Shown here one piece after another: positions 38,814 through 48,114 of a stretch of 64,000 nt of DNA. The notes beneath the pieces are model-generated. The model had not been told where the DNA came from, searched no databases, and saw only the letters and a program-made list of their open reading frames with translations. Within the stretch, counting starts at the first letter, position 1. Each line of letters opens with the position of its first letter. Source of the DNA: Corallococcus sp. AB038B (GTDB lineage Bacteria; Myxococcota; Myxococcia; Myxococcales; Myxococcaceae); the NCBI RefSeq assembly GCF_003668955.1, contig NZ_RAWO01000002.1:407605-471604 (forward strand), read 5' to 3'. The position numbers and the translations under genes were made by a program.

Positions 38814-40409
38814 CTACGCCTGCGCCGCCTCGCGCCTCGCGGGCACCTCGCCGCGCAGCTCCGCGACCTCGGCGCGCAGGAGCCAGTCGGTGGGGAAGTC
38901 CGTGGACGCGCGGGCGATCTGCTCCAGTCGCTCGGAGGCCAGCTGCCCCGTCTCGCGGATGCGGCGCACCTCCGTGTAGAGGGCGGCCAGCGACGGGGGC
39001 AGGGCCTGCGCCTTGCGCTCGCGCGCCTGGGCCTCGCCGTCGCCCGCGGAGAAGGCGTCCATCTCCCCGAACCACTCGTCCCACGTGCCCGGGTCGGCGG
39101 GGCCGCCCGCCACGGACGGCAGCCGCTCCGTCAGGTACAGGCGCGCCATGGACGGCAGCGTCAGCTCCTGGCCGGCCAGCGTGCCGCGCAGGGCAATCAC
39201 TTCTCCGCCGCCCACCGCGAAGCCCTCCAGCACCAGCCCGCTGTCGAGCGTGAGCGTGAAGCTCCCGCGCTCCGGCAGGGTGCCCTGGCCAAAGGCGACC
39301 AGCGCCGCGCCGCTGAACGGCTTGTCCAGGGCGTGCCCGTTCATGGACGTGAGGATGGGGCCCTCCAGCCGGGCCAGCGCGGTGGACAGGCCCGGGGCCA
39401 CATCCTTCGCGGCGGGCAGCAGCTCCACCACCTTGCCCGTCACCTCGCGGCCGTCCGCGAGCACCAGGTGGTTGACCGTGCGCGCGCGCAGCGCCTCGTT
39501 GAGGCCCAGGTCGCCGCCGCGCTTCCACGCGAGCGTGGACTCGAAATCGGTCAGGACTTCGAAGAGGTGTTCGAAGTCGCGTGCCACGAAGAGCTGCGGC
39601 TGCATGCGGGTGATGTCGTAGTCCGTGTCCGCGCACGCCACGCCCAGGGGCAGCTTGTGCACGGCGGACGTCAGGCAGTGCCGGGCCTCGGCGATGCTGG
39701 ACAGCAGGCCCGCACCGTAGATGCGCGGGTGCTTCAGGTCACCAATCAGCCCGAACTCCGCGGTCCACCAGTACAGGCGGCTCGCGCGGGTGCTCTCGCT
39801 GATGTAGCGGTGGCTGGCGTTGGCGGCCTCCAGGCGGGCCTGGGCGTGGGCGATTTCTTCTTCCGTCGCGGTGGGGTCCTCCTTCACCACGGAGAGGTTG
39901 CGGATGGCCTCGAAGACGGCCTGGTCCTCCACGCTGGCGATGGCCTTGAAGCCCACCAGCCCCACGGCCTTGAGGTACTGGGCGTACCGCGCGTTCGCGA
40001 TGATGGGCGCGTGGCCCGCGCTCTCATGGACGATGTCCGGCGCGGGCGTGTACTGGATGTGCTCGTGCGTGCGGATGTCCGCCGCGATGGCCAGCACGCC
40101 CAGCGCCTGCAGCTCCGTGAAGACGGCCGGCGGGATGAAGCCGCGCACCGCCACGCAGGACCAGCCCAGCGTGGACAGCTTCTCGTTCATCTCGTCCAGG
40201 CTGGGGATGGCCTCCGCGCCAATGCCCGTGGCCTCCAGGCCCTCCAGGTAGACGGGGTGCGCCTTGTCGCTCAGGTGCTCGCGCAGCTGCCCCAGGATGT
40301 GCCGCCACACCGCCTGATCCCGGGGCGTGTACGCCGCGTAGTCCTGGCCCACCACGTAGCGGCGCAGGTGGGCGGGAAGGCGGGCAATGGTCCGTTCCGT
40401 GGGCGTCAT
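38814..40409 (-). CDS. phhA: Phenylalanine-4-hydroxylase (biopterin-dependent aromatic amino acid hydroxylase), long form with ~250-aa C-terminal extension
   Basis: Catalytic core motifs PDIVHESAGHAP (HExxGHxP iron ligands) and HPRIYGAGLLSS. Start at MTPTER, preceded by GAAGGAG. The C-terminal half has no recognisable domain. Confidence 0.8.
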   Translation of the reverse strand: MTPTERTIARLPAHLRRYVVGQDYAAYTPRDQAVWRHILGQLREHLSDKAHPVYLEGLEATGIGAEAIPSLDEMNEKLSTLGWSCVAVRGFIPPAVFTELQALGVLAIAADIRTHEHIQYTPAPDIVHESAGHAPIIANARYAQYLKAVGLVGFKAIASVEDQAVFEAIRNLSVVKEDPTATEEEIAHAQARLEAANASHRYISESTRASRLYWWTAEFGLIGDLKHPRIYGAGLLSSIAEARHCLTSAVHKLPLGVACADTDYDITRMQPQLFVARDFEHLFEVLTDFESTLAWKRGGDLGLNEALRARTVNHLVLADGREVTGKVVELLPAAKDVAPGLSTALARLEGPILTSMNGHALDKPFSGAALVAFGQGTLPERGSFTLTLDSGLVLEGFAVGGGEVIALRGTLAGQELTLPSMARLYLTERLPSVAGGPADPGTWDEWFGEMDAFSAGDGEAQARERKAQALPPSLAALYTEVRRIRETGQLASERLEQIARASTDFPTDWLLRAEVAELRGEVPARREAAQA

Positions 40410-40502
40410 CGCGAGCGGCTCCTTCAGGAGATGCAGGACTCCTGAAGAATACCCACCCCACTGCAAGACGGAAATCCGGCAGAATTCGACGTCTTCGTCG
40501 GA

Positions 40503-41423
40503 TTATCGTCGTTTGTTCAGGCGGCGACGCAGCCCGTCAAGGATGGATTGGACGGCGGGGCTGAGGCCTCCGGAGGGCCAGACGGCGACCACCTCCACGA
40601 CCTGGGGCTCCTGTTCGCGCAGGGGCCAGACGTGGAGGTCCGAGGGGAAGGGCTGGGTGGGGCGCACGTCCGGGGCGATGGTGCACGCCTTGTAGGCGCG
40701 CAGCAGCTCGTAGAGGTGGAGGAAGCTCTCCACCCGGCCGACCTCGGTGACGGAGACGCCGTGCGCGGCGAAGCGCGCGCTGTTGGCGCCGCCGTAGGGG
40801 TCGTCCCGCAGCCAGTCCACGAAGCGCTGATCCTGGAGGTCCTTCACGTCCAGGGAGCGGCGGGAGGGGTGCGTCCGGGCGAGCGCGGAGTCCGGGCCCG
40901 CGATGACGACGAAGGACATGCGCAGTAGGGACTCGGTGTCCACGCCCTCGTGTGGGGGCAGGGGGGTGAAGTCGAGCGCCAGGTCCTGCTGCCGCGTCTG
41001 CACCTGCCGCATGAGCTCGTGCGAGCCGCCGAAGCCCACCACCAGCTTGAGGTCGGCGGCGGCGGCATCCTGCGCGATGCCGCCCAGGAGCGACATGGAC
41101 AGCGTGGGGTTGAGGCCCAGGCGCAGGGTGGGCTCCACGCGGGCCAGGTCCATCAGCCGCTTCACGTCCAGTTGGTGCAGCGGCGTCTGGGTGCCCGCGT
41201 AGAGGCGCTCTCCACGCGCGGACAGTTGCAGGCGCCGGCCCGGCCCCCGCTCCAGCAGGGCGGCGCCATCCGCGAGCGCTTCCTCCAGTGCGCGGATGTG
41301 CTCGCTCACGACGGAGCGGGCGACGCCCAGGTGCTCCGCGGCGGCGTCGATGCTGCCGGCCTCCACGGCGGCGGTGAAGGACTCGAGCCAGACCAGGTGT
41401 CGCTGGAGCTTGCGCGGGGGCAT
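40503..41423 (-). CDS. LysR-family transcriptional regulator
   Basis: N-terminal wHTH (LVWLESFTAAVEAGSIDAAAEHLGVARSVVSEHIRALE) plus C-terminal substrate-binding domain. Start taken at the internal Met rather than the 34-codon upstream extension. Confidence 0.8.
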   Translation of the reverse strand: MPPRKLQRHLVWLESFTAAVEAGSIDAAAEHLGVARSVVSEHIRALEEALADGAALLERGPGRRLQLSARGERLYAGTQTPLHQLDVKRLMDLARVEPTLRLGLNPTLSMSLLGGIAQDAAAADLKLVVGFGGSHELMRQVQTRQQDLALDFTPLPPHEGVDTESLLRMSFVVIAGPDSALARTHPSRRSLDVKDLQDQRFVDWLRDDPYGGANSARFAAHGVSVTEVGRVESFLHLYELLRAYKACTIAPDVRPTQPFPSDLHVWPLREQEPQVVEVVAVWPSGGLSPAVQSILDGLRRRLNKRR

Positions 41424-41436
41424 GGGCCGAGACGCG

Positions 41437-42258
41437 CTAGAGGAAGAAGTCGGGCAGCAGCTCCGCGCCGGGGACGGACTGGTACTTGTCCAGGTTGGTG
41501 ATGCCGGCGGCGCGCAGCACTTCATCGTCGATGCAGAAGTTGCCGGTGAAGGAGCGGCTGGGCTTGGTGAGGATGGCGTAGGCGGCGTCGGCCATGATCT
41601 CCGGCGTGCGGCTGCCCTTGATGGTGTCGTCGCCGCCCAGCAGGTTCTGCACGGCGGCGGTGGCGATGACGGTGCGGGGCCACAGCGTGTTGACGGCGAT
41701 GCCGTCGTCCTTGAGCTCCTCCGCCATGCCCAGGGCGCACAGGCTCATGCCGTACTTCGCGATGGTGTAGGCCACGTGGGGGCCGAACCAGCGCGGCTCC
41801 ATGTTGAGCGGCGGCGAGTTGTTGAGGATGTGCGGGTTGGAGGACTTCTTGAGGTACGGGATGCACGCCTGCGAGCACGCGAAGGTGCCGCGCGTGTTGA
41901 TGCCGTGCATCAGGTCGAAGCGCTTGAGTGGCGTCTCCAGCGTGCCAGTGAGGCTGATGGCGCTGGCGTTGTTCACCAGGATGTCGATGCCGCCGAAGGT
42001 CTCCACGGCCTTGGCGACGGCGGCGTGGATCTGCGCCTCGTCGCGGATGTCCACCACGCAGGGGAGGGCCTTGCCGCCGGCCTCTTCAATCTCCTTCGCC
42101 GCCGTGTAGATGGTGCCGGGCAGCTTGGGGTGCGGGTCCGTGGTTTTCGCGGCGATGACGATGTTGGCGCCGTCGCGGGCCGCGCGCAGCGCGATGGCCT
42201 TGCCGATGCCGCGGCTGGCGCCGGTGATGAAGAGGGTCTTGCCTTGGAGGTTGGACAT
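41437..42258 (-). CDS. SDR-family NAD(P)-dependent oxidoreductase
   Basis: TGASRGIG cofactor motif, NNAS, catalytic YTIAK (YxxxK). Confidence 0.85.
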   Translation of the reverse strand: MSNLQGKTLFITGASRGIGKAIALRAARDGANIVIAAKTTDPHPKLPGTIYTAAKEIEEAGGKALPCVVDIRDEAQIHAAVAKAVETFGGIDILVNNASAISLTGTLETPLKRFDLMHGINTRGTFACSQACIPYLKKSSNPHILNNSPPLNMEPRWFGPHVAYTIAKYGMSLCALGMAEELKDDGIAVNTLWPRTVIATAAVQNLLGGDDTIKGSRTPEIMADAAYAILTKPSRSFTGNFCIDDEVLRAAGITNLDKYQSVPGAELLPDFFL

Positions 42259-42350
42259 GGGCCGCATCCTGACCCACTCCACCGCCGCGTGCATCTGGAA
42301 GACACCCGGTGGACCGGGGCGGCGAGGAGCCCCGGTCCCCGGACTGTCGG

Positions 42351-43241
42351 TTACTGCGTGATGCAGGTGACCGTTTCGAGCATGGTCACATTGGAGTTGC
42401 CGGTGGTGCCCCAGTTGCCCACGCCGTTCGTGCCCACGATGAACGAGTAGGCGGAGCCGCGGATGGCGGTGGTGAAGCTGCTCACGTTGATATGGCCCTG
42501 GTCCTGGCAGAAGCGGCGGGCGGTAGCCGCCGGGGTGCTGTAGTTGCCGGACGGGAAGTTGGGCTGGACGGTGCCCACCTGGTAGCCGTTGACCGTCGGC
42601 GTCGTGTACGTGAGCACCGTCGCGTCGAAGCAGGTGATGGTCTCCAGCATGGTCACGTTGGAATTGCCGGTGGTGCCCCAGTTGCCCACGCCATTCGTAC
42701 CCACGATGAACGAGAAGGCGGAACCACGGATGGCGGTGGTGAAGCTTTGCGCGCCGCTGTGGCCCTGGTCCTGACAGAAGCGGCGGGCGGTGTCGGCGGC
42801 GCTACTGAAGTTCCCGGTGGGCTGGTTGGGGAGGTACGTGCCAATCTGATAGCCATTGACCGCGGGAGTCGTGTAGGTGACGCCCGAGTTGGAGGTGAAG
42901 CAGGTGACGGTCTCCAGCATGGTCACGTTGGAATTGCCGGTGGTGCCCCAGTTGCCCACGCCATTCGTACCCACGATGAACGAGAAGGCGGAACCACGGA
43001 TGGCGGTGGTGAAGCTTTGCGCGCCGCTGTGGCCCTGGTCCTGACAGAAGCGGCGGGCGGTGTCGGCGGCGCTACTGAAGTTCCCGGTGGGCTGGTTGGG
43101 GAGGTACGTACCAATCTGATAGCCATTGACCGTGGGTGTCACATAGGTCTGGTAGGTGTCAGCGCTTGCCGACGACGCGAAGCCCACGACGAAAAGCAGG
43201 GACACGAAGAAGGAGGGAAGACCGCTGCTGCGACGAAACAT
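42351..43241 (-). CDS. Secreted protein composed of three tandem ~88-aa repeats (2 Cys each), unknown function
   Basis: Signal peptide MFRRSSGLPSFFVSLLFVVGFASSASA. Three copies of TYTTP.VNGYQIGTYLPNQPTGNFSSAADTARRFCQDQGHSGAQSFTTAIRGSAFSFIVGTNGVGNWGTTGNSNVTMLETVTC. Repeats 1 and 2 are also near-identical at nucleotide level (about 270-bp period; 42589..42856 versus 42859..43126). Confidence 0.65.
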   Translation of the reverse strand: MFRRSSGLPSFFVSLLFVVGFASSASADTYQTYVTPTVNGYQIGTYLPNQPTGNFSSAADTARRFCQDQGHSGAQSFTTAIRGSAFSFIVGTNGVGNWGTTGNSNVTMLETVTCFTSNSGVTYTTPAVNGYQIGTYLPNQPTGNFSSAADTARRFCQDQGHSGAQSFTTAIRGSAFSFIVGTNGVGNWGTTGNSNVTMLETITCFDATVLTYTTPTVNGYQVGTVQPNFPSGNYSTPAATARRFCQDQGHINVSSFTTAIRGSAYSFIVGTNGVGNWGTTGNSNVTMLETVTCITQ

Positions 43242-43403
43242 GTTTTTCCTCGGCTTTGGGCTGAAGCGGGGGGAGCAGGACCGTACCGGCTCGCGGGGTT
43301 GAAAGCACCGATTCACGGGTAGGAGACATCTCGAGAATGCGGTGGGTGCGAGTCGAGACGTTGGCACGATGCACGACCCGCGCATGGTCTACGCTGCGCG
43401 CCC

Positions 43404-46088
43404 ATGCGACTGCTCCCACTCCTCGCCCTGGTGGTGTTGACCGTCCGCTGTGCCCACGCGCCGGAGGCCGCGCCGACTGCTTCCGCGCTGCCCGCCGTCT
43501 CGTGGCCGGAGGCATTGCCCCCCGCGCTGCGGTTGCCGGACACCGTGCGGCCCATGCACTACGCGCTGGACCTGAAGCTCGTGCCCTCGGAGGACACGTA
43601 CCCGGGCAGCGTCACCATCGACGTGGAGGTCCGCGAGCCCGTGCGCCAGGTGTGGCTGCATGCGCAGGACGTGGACGTGACGCGGGCTCGTGTCACCGTG
43701 GCGGGCCGCACGTTCGACGCGAAGCCTGTCACCGCGCCCGAAGGACGTCTGGGATTGCTGCTGCCGGAGGAACTGCCGGTGGGCAAGGCCCAGCTCCTGC
43801 TCGACTTCACCGGCAAGGTGGACCGCGAGCGCAGCCAGGGCATCTACGGAGTGGAGGAGGGCGGTGAGCCCTATCTCTACACGTTCTTCGAGCCCATCGA
43901 CGCGCGCCGCGCCTTCCCGTGCTTCGACGAGCCGACCTTCAAGGTGCCATGGCGCCTGCGCTTCACCGTGAAGGCCGGACACGTGGCGCTGGCCAACCAC
44001 CCCGTCGTGTCGCGCGAGCCGCTGGCGGACGGCCTGGAGCGCGTCACCTTCGCGGAAAGCAAGCCGATGCCCAGCTACCTCGTGGCCTTCATGGTGGGGC
44101 CGTTCGACATCGTCGAGGCCGGCACCGTGGGACGCACGAACGTGCCTCTGCGCTTCATCGTCCCCAAGGGCCGGGGCGCGGAGACGCGCTACGCCGCGAG
44201 CATCACGCCTCGCATCGTGAAGGGGCTGGAGGACTTCTTCGACCAGCCGTACCCGTACGAGAAGCTCGATGTGGCGGTCGTGCCCCGGTACTGGGGCACG
44301 ATGGAGCACCCGGGCATCGTCGCACTCGGGCAACCGCTCACGCTCATTCCGCCCGGCGAGGAGACGCTGGCCCGCCGCAAGTCGTACGCGGTCATCGCCA
44401 ACCATGAGCTGGGCCACTACTGGTTCGGGGACGTCGTCACCTGCTCCTGGTGGAACGACATCTGGCTGAACGAGTCCTTCACCGCGTGGTTGGACCGGCA
44501 GACCGTGGACCGGCTGGAGCCGTCCTGGGACTACCAGCAGGAGCGCGCCATGTCCGCGACCCGCTCAGCCCTGGCTTCGGATGAGCTGGCGTCGGCGCTG
44601 CCCGTTCGCAAGCCGGTGGAGAGCAATGACGACATCGTGGGCTCGTTCGACAACGGGACGACGTATGACAAGGGCTCGTCCGTCATCGCCATGTACGAGG
44701 CCTGGATGGGCCCCGAGCGCTTCCGCGACTTCCTCCGGGGCTATGTCCGCAAGCACGAGTGGAAGGTCGCGACGATGGAGGACTTCCTCGCGGACCTGTC
44801 CCAGGCGGCGGGGCCGGAAGTGGCGCAATCCTTCGGCGGGTTCATCGAGCGGAGCGGGGCGCCTCGGATCACCGCGCAGCTGTCGTGCCCGGCGGGCGGC
44901 GCTCCGTCCGTGAAGCTGTCGCAGGAGCGCTACCTGCCCGTGGGCTCCAAGGCGGACTCGCGGCAGGAGTGGCAGGTGCCCGTGTGTCTTCGCGTGGGCA
45001 CGGGCACGCAGTCGTCGCGGGTGTGCTCGATGGTGCAGGGGCCCTCGACGGAGGTCGCGCTGCCCTCGAAGCAGTGCCCGGCGTGGGTGCTGCTCAACGC
45101 GGGCGGCACGGGTTACTACCGCGGCGGTTACACCCGCGAGCAGTTGACGAAGCTGCTCGCGACTCCGGTCGCGGCCTTCACTCCCGCGGAGCAGATGGCG
45201 CTCTGGGCGGATGTGGATGCGGCGGTGAGCCGGGGCGACCTGCCGCTGGGGGAGGCGCTGAAGGCGGTGCCTGCCTCCGCGAAGTCGACGAACCGGCTCG
45301 TGGTGCAGAGCGGCGCCTCGCTGCTGGAGCTCGTGCGCCTGGATCAGCTCACGCCCGAGGAGCGCCAGCGCTTCCGCGCGTGGGTGGCCTCGCTCTACTC
45401 GGCGCGCGCGCGGGCCATGGGCTGGGTGCCGAAGCCGGGCGAGGACGACTCCGTGAAGGATTCACGCTCCCTGTTCCTCCGGCTGGCCGGTGGTCTGGGC
45501 GATGACCCTCGGCTGGTGAAGGAGGCGCTGCCCCTGGTGCGCGCATGGCTGGCGGACCGGAAGTCGGTGGACCCGGAGGCGTTCAGTGCCGCGCTGCCCC
45601 GAGCGGCGACGCACGGTGATGCGGCGCTGTTCGACGCGCTGCTGGACGCGGCGAAGAGGGAACAGGACCGCACCGAGCGTTCCCGGCTGCTGATGTCGCT
45701 GGGCTACTTCCGGAACCCGGACCTGCTGTGGCGGGCGCTGGGGCTCGTGGTGTCGCCGGGCTTCGACGTGCGCGACTCGCAGATCATCCTCCGGATGGCG
45801 TTGATGTCGGCGGAGTCGCAGTCGCTGGCGTGGAACTTCTACCAGACGCACTTCGATGCGCTGACCCAGCGGCTGCGTTCGGATGAGCTGGGCCGGCTGA
45901 TTGGCCAGACGGGGAGCCTCTGCGATGACATCCACCTGGCGCAGGTGGAAACGTTCCTCACGCCTCGCGTGGACAAGATTGAAGGCGGTCCGCGCGCGCT
46001 CACCCGGGCCCTGGAGTCCATCCGGCTGTGCATCGAGTCCCAGAAGCTCCAGGCCCCGAGCGTCAAGGCGTTCCTCCGCGCCCGGTGA
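43404..46088 (+). CDS. Secreted M1-family aminopeptidase (aminopeptidase N-like)
   Basis: Signal peptide. GAMEN-like GTMEH. Zinc motif HELGHYWFG ...WLNESF. C-terminal ERAP1-like helical domain. Confidence 0.85.
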   Translation: MRLLPLLALVVLTVRCAHAPEAAPTASALPAVSWPEALPPALRLPDTVRPMHYALDLKLVPSEDTYPGSVTIDVEVREPVRQVWLHAQDVDVTRARVTVAGRTFDAKPVTAPEGRLGLLLPEELPVGKAQLLLDFTGKVDRERSQGIYGVEEGGEPYLYTFFEPIDARRAFPCFDEPTFKVPWRLRFTVKAGHVALANHPVVSREPLADGLERVTFAESKPMPSYLVAFMVGPFDIVEAGTVGRTNVPLRFIVPKGRGAETRYAASITPRIVKGLEDFFDQPYPYEKLDVAVVPRYWGTMEHPGIVALGQPLTLIPPGEETLARRKSYAVIANHELGHYWFGDVVTCSWWNDIWLNESFTAWLDRQTVDRLEPSWDYQQERAMSATRSALASDELASALPVRKPVESNDDIVGSFDNGTTYDKGSSVIAMYEAWMGPERFRDFLRGYVRKHEWKVATMEDFLADLSQAAGPEVAQSFGGFIERSGAPRITAQLSCPAGGAPSVKLSQERYLPVGSKADSRQEWQVPVCLRVGTGTQSSRVCSMVQGPSTEVALPSKQCPAWVLLNAGGTGYYRGGYTREQLTKLLATPVAAFTPAEQMALWADVDAAVSRGDLPLGEALKAVPASAKSTNRLVVQSGASLLELVRLDQLTPEERQRFRAWVASLYSARARAMGWVPKPGEDDSVKDSRSLFLRLAGGLGDDPRLVKEALPLVRAWLADRKSVDPEAFSAALPRAATHGDAALFDALLDAAKREQDRTERSRLLMSLGYFRNPDLLWRALGLVVSPGFDVRDSQIILRMALMSAESQSLAWNFYQTHFDALTQRLRSDELGRLIGQTGSLCDDIHLAQVETFLTPRVDKIEGGPRALTRALESIRLCIESQKLQAPSVKAFLRAR

Positions 46089-46106
46089 GCCCCTGGGCCT
46101 GAAGCC

Positions 46107-46505
46107 TCACGGACCGTAGGGACACATCTTCAGCATCTGCGCGATGGGCGGGCGGCAGAGTTCCAGGAGCTGTGTCTCGTCGAGGAACGAGGACGTCCGT
46201 GCCTTGAAGAAGCAGGCCGCGGGATCATCCGAGGGCTGGGCGTACTGGCAGAGCTGGAGCGCCTGCGGGTCGGCGAGGAAGCCTTTCTCCTGCACCCGGA
46301 GGAAGCACTGTGCCGGGGTGTCTGAACGGGCACCCTGGCAGAGCTGCGCCGCGATGCTCTCACTCACCGAGCTGCCCTGGCGTGCCGCTTCGAAGCAGGA
46401 GTATTGCGACGCACCCTCGGGTGGGCCTTCCATCTGCCCCACCGCCGGAAGCCCGAGCAGCGCGGCAGCCAGTCCCCAGGCACCTCTCCAATGGCCTCGC
46501 TTCAT
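46107..46505 (-). CDS. Small secreted Cys-rich protein (8 Cys in four Q.C/C.F pairs)
   Basis: Signal peptide MKRGHWRGAWGLAAALLGLPAVGQ. Four repeats of about 25 aa, each with (A)QLCQ...(A)QCF-type Cys pairs. Confidence 0.45.
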   Translation of the reverse strand: MKRGHWRGAWGLAAALLGLPAVGQMEGPPEGASQYSCFEAARQGSSVSESIAAQLCQGARSDTPAQCFLRVQEKGFLADPQALQLCQYAQPSDDPAACFFKARTSSFLDETQLLELCRPPIAQMLKMCPYGP

Positions 46506-46588
46506 CGTTCACCCCCCAAAGAAGGTGGGGGAGTCATGGCCCGCATGGGAGGGACGGGCGGGAAGACAGCCGCCGTGCGCCGGCCGCG

Positions 46589-46933
46589 TCAGTCGTGCAC
46601 GGTGCGACTGTCGGCGGGCACGGCCGCCCGGTCCTTCAATCCGTAATCCCTCACGACGTGCGCCACCCGCAGGCGGTAGTCGCTGAACACGCCTTCTCGG
46701 CCTTCGCGCTGGGCTTCACGGTGGGCCTCCTGCCTCCGCCACTCCGCGACCGCCGCCTCATCGCGCCAGTAGGACAGGGACAGCAGCTTCCCCGGTGTGC
46801 TGAGACTCTGGAACCGCTCGATGGAGATGAAGCCATCAATGTCCGCCAGCAGGGGCCGCAGCTCCGCCGCGAGGTCCAGGTATCGCTGCCGATGTGCTTC
46901 GTGTGTCCAGACCTCGAAGATGACAGCAATCAT
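46589..46933 (-). CDS. Antibiotic-biosynthesis-monooxygenase (ABM) domain protein
   Basis: About 110 aa ferredoxin-like ABM fold (IAVIFEVW...SLSYWRDEAAVAEW). Start overlaps the P450 stop (ATGA). Confidence 0.7.
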   Translation of the reverse strand: MIAVIFEVWTHEAHRQRYLDLAAELRPLLADIDGFISIERFQSLSTPGKLLSLSYWRDEAAVAEWRRQEAHREAQREGREGVFSDYRLRVAHVVRDYGLKDRAAVPADSRTVHD

Positions 46934-48051
46934 TCCAGTCCTCCCAGTACGCGAGCATTGGTGGAAGCACGCCAGGTGACGGGGCCCGACAACGGTGACA
47001 GGTCCAGGCCGCTCGCGAGCACGCTCTCCGCCGCTGCCGTGGCCATCGTCGTTGCGAGCAGGGGCCCAGGGCAGGCATGCGAGCCCAGGCCGAAGGTGAA
47101 GGTCTGGCGCCGTGCGCGCCTTGGCAGGAAGGCGTCGGGTTGGGGATTCTCCAGCGGATCGCGATTCGCGGCGGCGAGCACGACGACCACGGTCTCACCG
47201 GCCTCCAGCGCCTGACCCGCGACGGTCGCTGCGGCATGGATGAAGCGTCGCGTGTTCTGGACCGGCGAATCGTATCGAGCCGCTTCCTGGACCACGTCGT
47301 CCAGCGTGCACGCACCCCGTGAGAGTTGTTCGCGCAGCCCGGGCACGCGAGCGAAGGCAAGCAGCGTCGCGCCCAGGAGTCCGGCCGTTGCTTCATACGC
47401 CTGGGTGAGCAGACCCACGGCGTTCGGGATGCGCAGGTCCTCCGAGCCATGGCTTTCAAGAAGCCGCGTCGTGAACGCGGTCCTCGCCGGGGACTGGAAG
47501 CAGGCCGCCATTCGTTCGTTCAGCCTCGCCGCACCCTCACTGCCCACAGGAGGACCTGCGACCGAGCGGACATAGGCATCCACGTCCTGCACGCTCGCCT
47601 CCAGCGTGTCTTCTGGGAAGCCCAGCAGCGACCCCAGCACGAACACGGGAAGCTGGAGTGCGGCGTCTGGCAGTCGAGACAGTGAGGGCGTTGCGAACAG
47701 CTGTGCCGCCCAGCGGCGGCTCTCCGCTTTGACCTCACCCAGCGCCTCCGGCAACGCGCGTGCAAGCGTCTGCTTCACGGCGGGGTAGGGGCCTCCGTCG
47801 TTCATCCTCACCAGCCGTCCAAAGAGGGCCCCGGCCGCGGTGCCCACCAGATGCGGAGGCACCGGCTCCGACAGTGGCCGGACCCGGCAGTGCTCGCTCG
47901 TGAGCACCGCGCGGACGGTGGCTGCATCCGCCGCGATCCATGGCCCGAAGCCGGGGACGCGGTGCAATCCGCCCTGGGCTCGAAGCTCCGCGTAGTAGGG
48001 GTATGGGTCGGGGTGGGGGACGGCCTGATACGGGTCGGTGGGCGGTGTCAT
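46930..48051 (-). CDS. Cytochrome P450
   Basis: Heme loop FTFGLGSHACPGPLLA. ExxR (ESVLASGL region / EAARYDSP). Start at internal Met MTPPTDPYQ. Confidence 0.8.
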   Translation of the reverse strand: MTPPTDPYQAVPHPDPYPYYAELRAQGGLHRVPGFGPWIAADAATVRAVLTSEHCRVRPLSEPVPPHLVGTAAGALFGRLVRMNDGGPYPAVKQTLARALPEALGEVKAESRRWAAQLFATPSLSRLPDAALQLPVFVLGSLLGFPEDTLEASVQDVDAYVRSVAGPPVGSEGAARLNERMAACFQSPARTAFTTRLLESHGSEDLRIPNAVGLLTQAYEATAGLLGATLLAFARVPGLREQLSRGACTLDDVVQEAARYDSPVQNTRRFIHAAATVAGQALEAGETVVVVLAAANRDPLENPQPDAFLPRRARRQTFTFGLGSHACPGPLLATTMATAAAESVLASGLDLSPLSGPVTWRASTNARVLGGLE

Positions 48052-48114
48052 CGGTCCTCGTTGCGGGGCACTCTGCTGCCGTTGCCGTGTCCGTGTGCTA
48101 GGAAATGGTTCGTC

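Noticed and set aside
42589-43126. Near-perfect ~270-bp direct repeats (possible CRISPR or satellite)
   Set aside because: The period is far longer than a CRISPR repeat-spacer unit, and there are no short conserved repeats with unique spacers. They are in-frame coding repeats of the three-module secreted protein.
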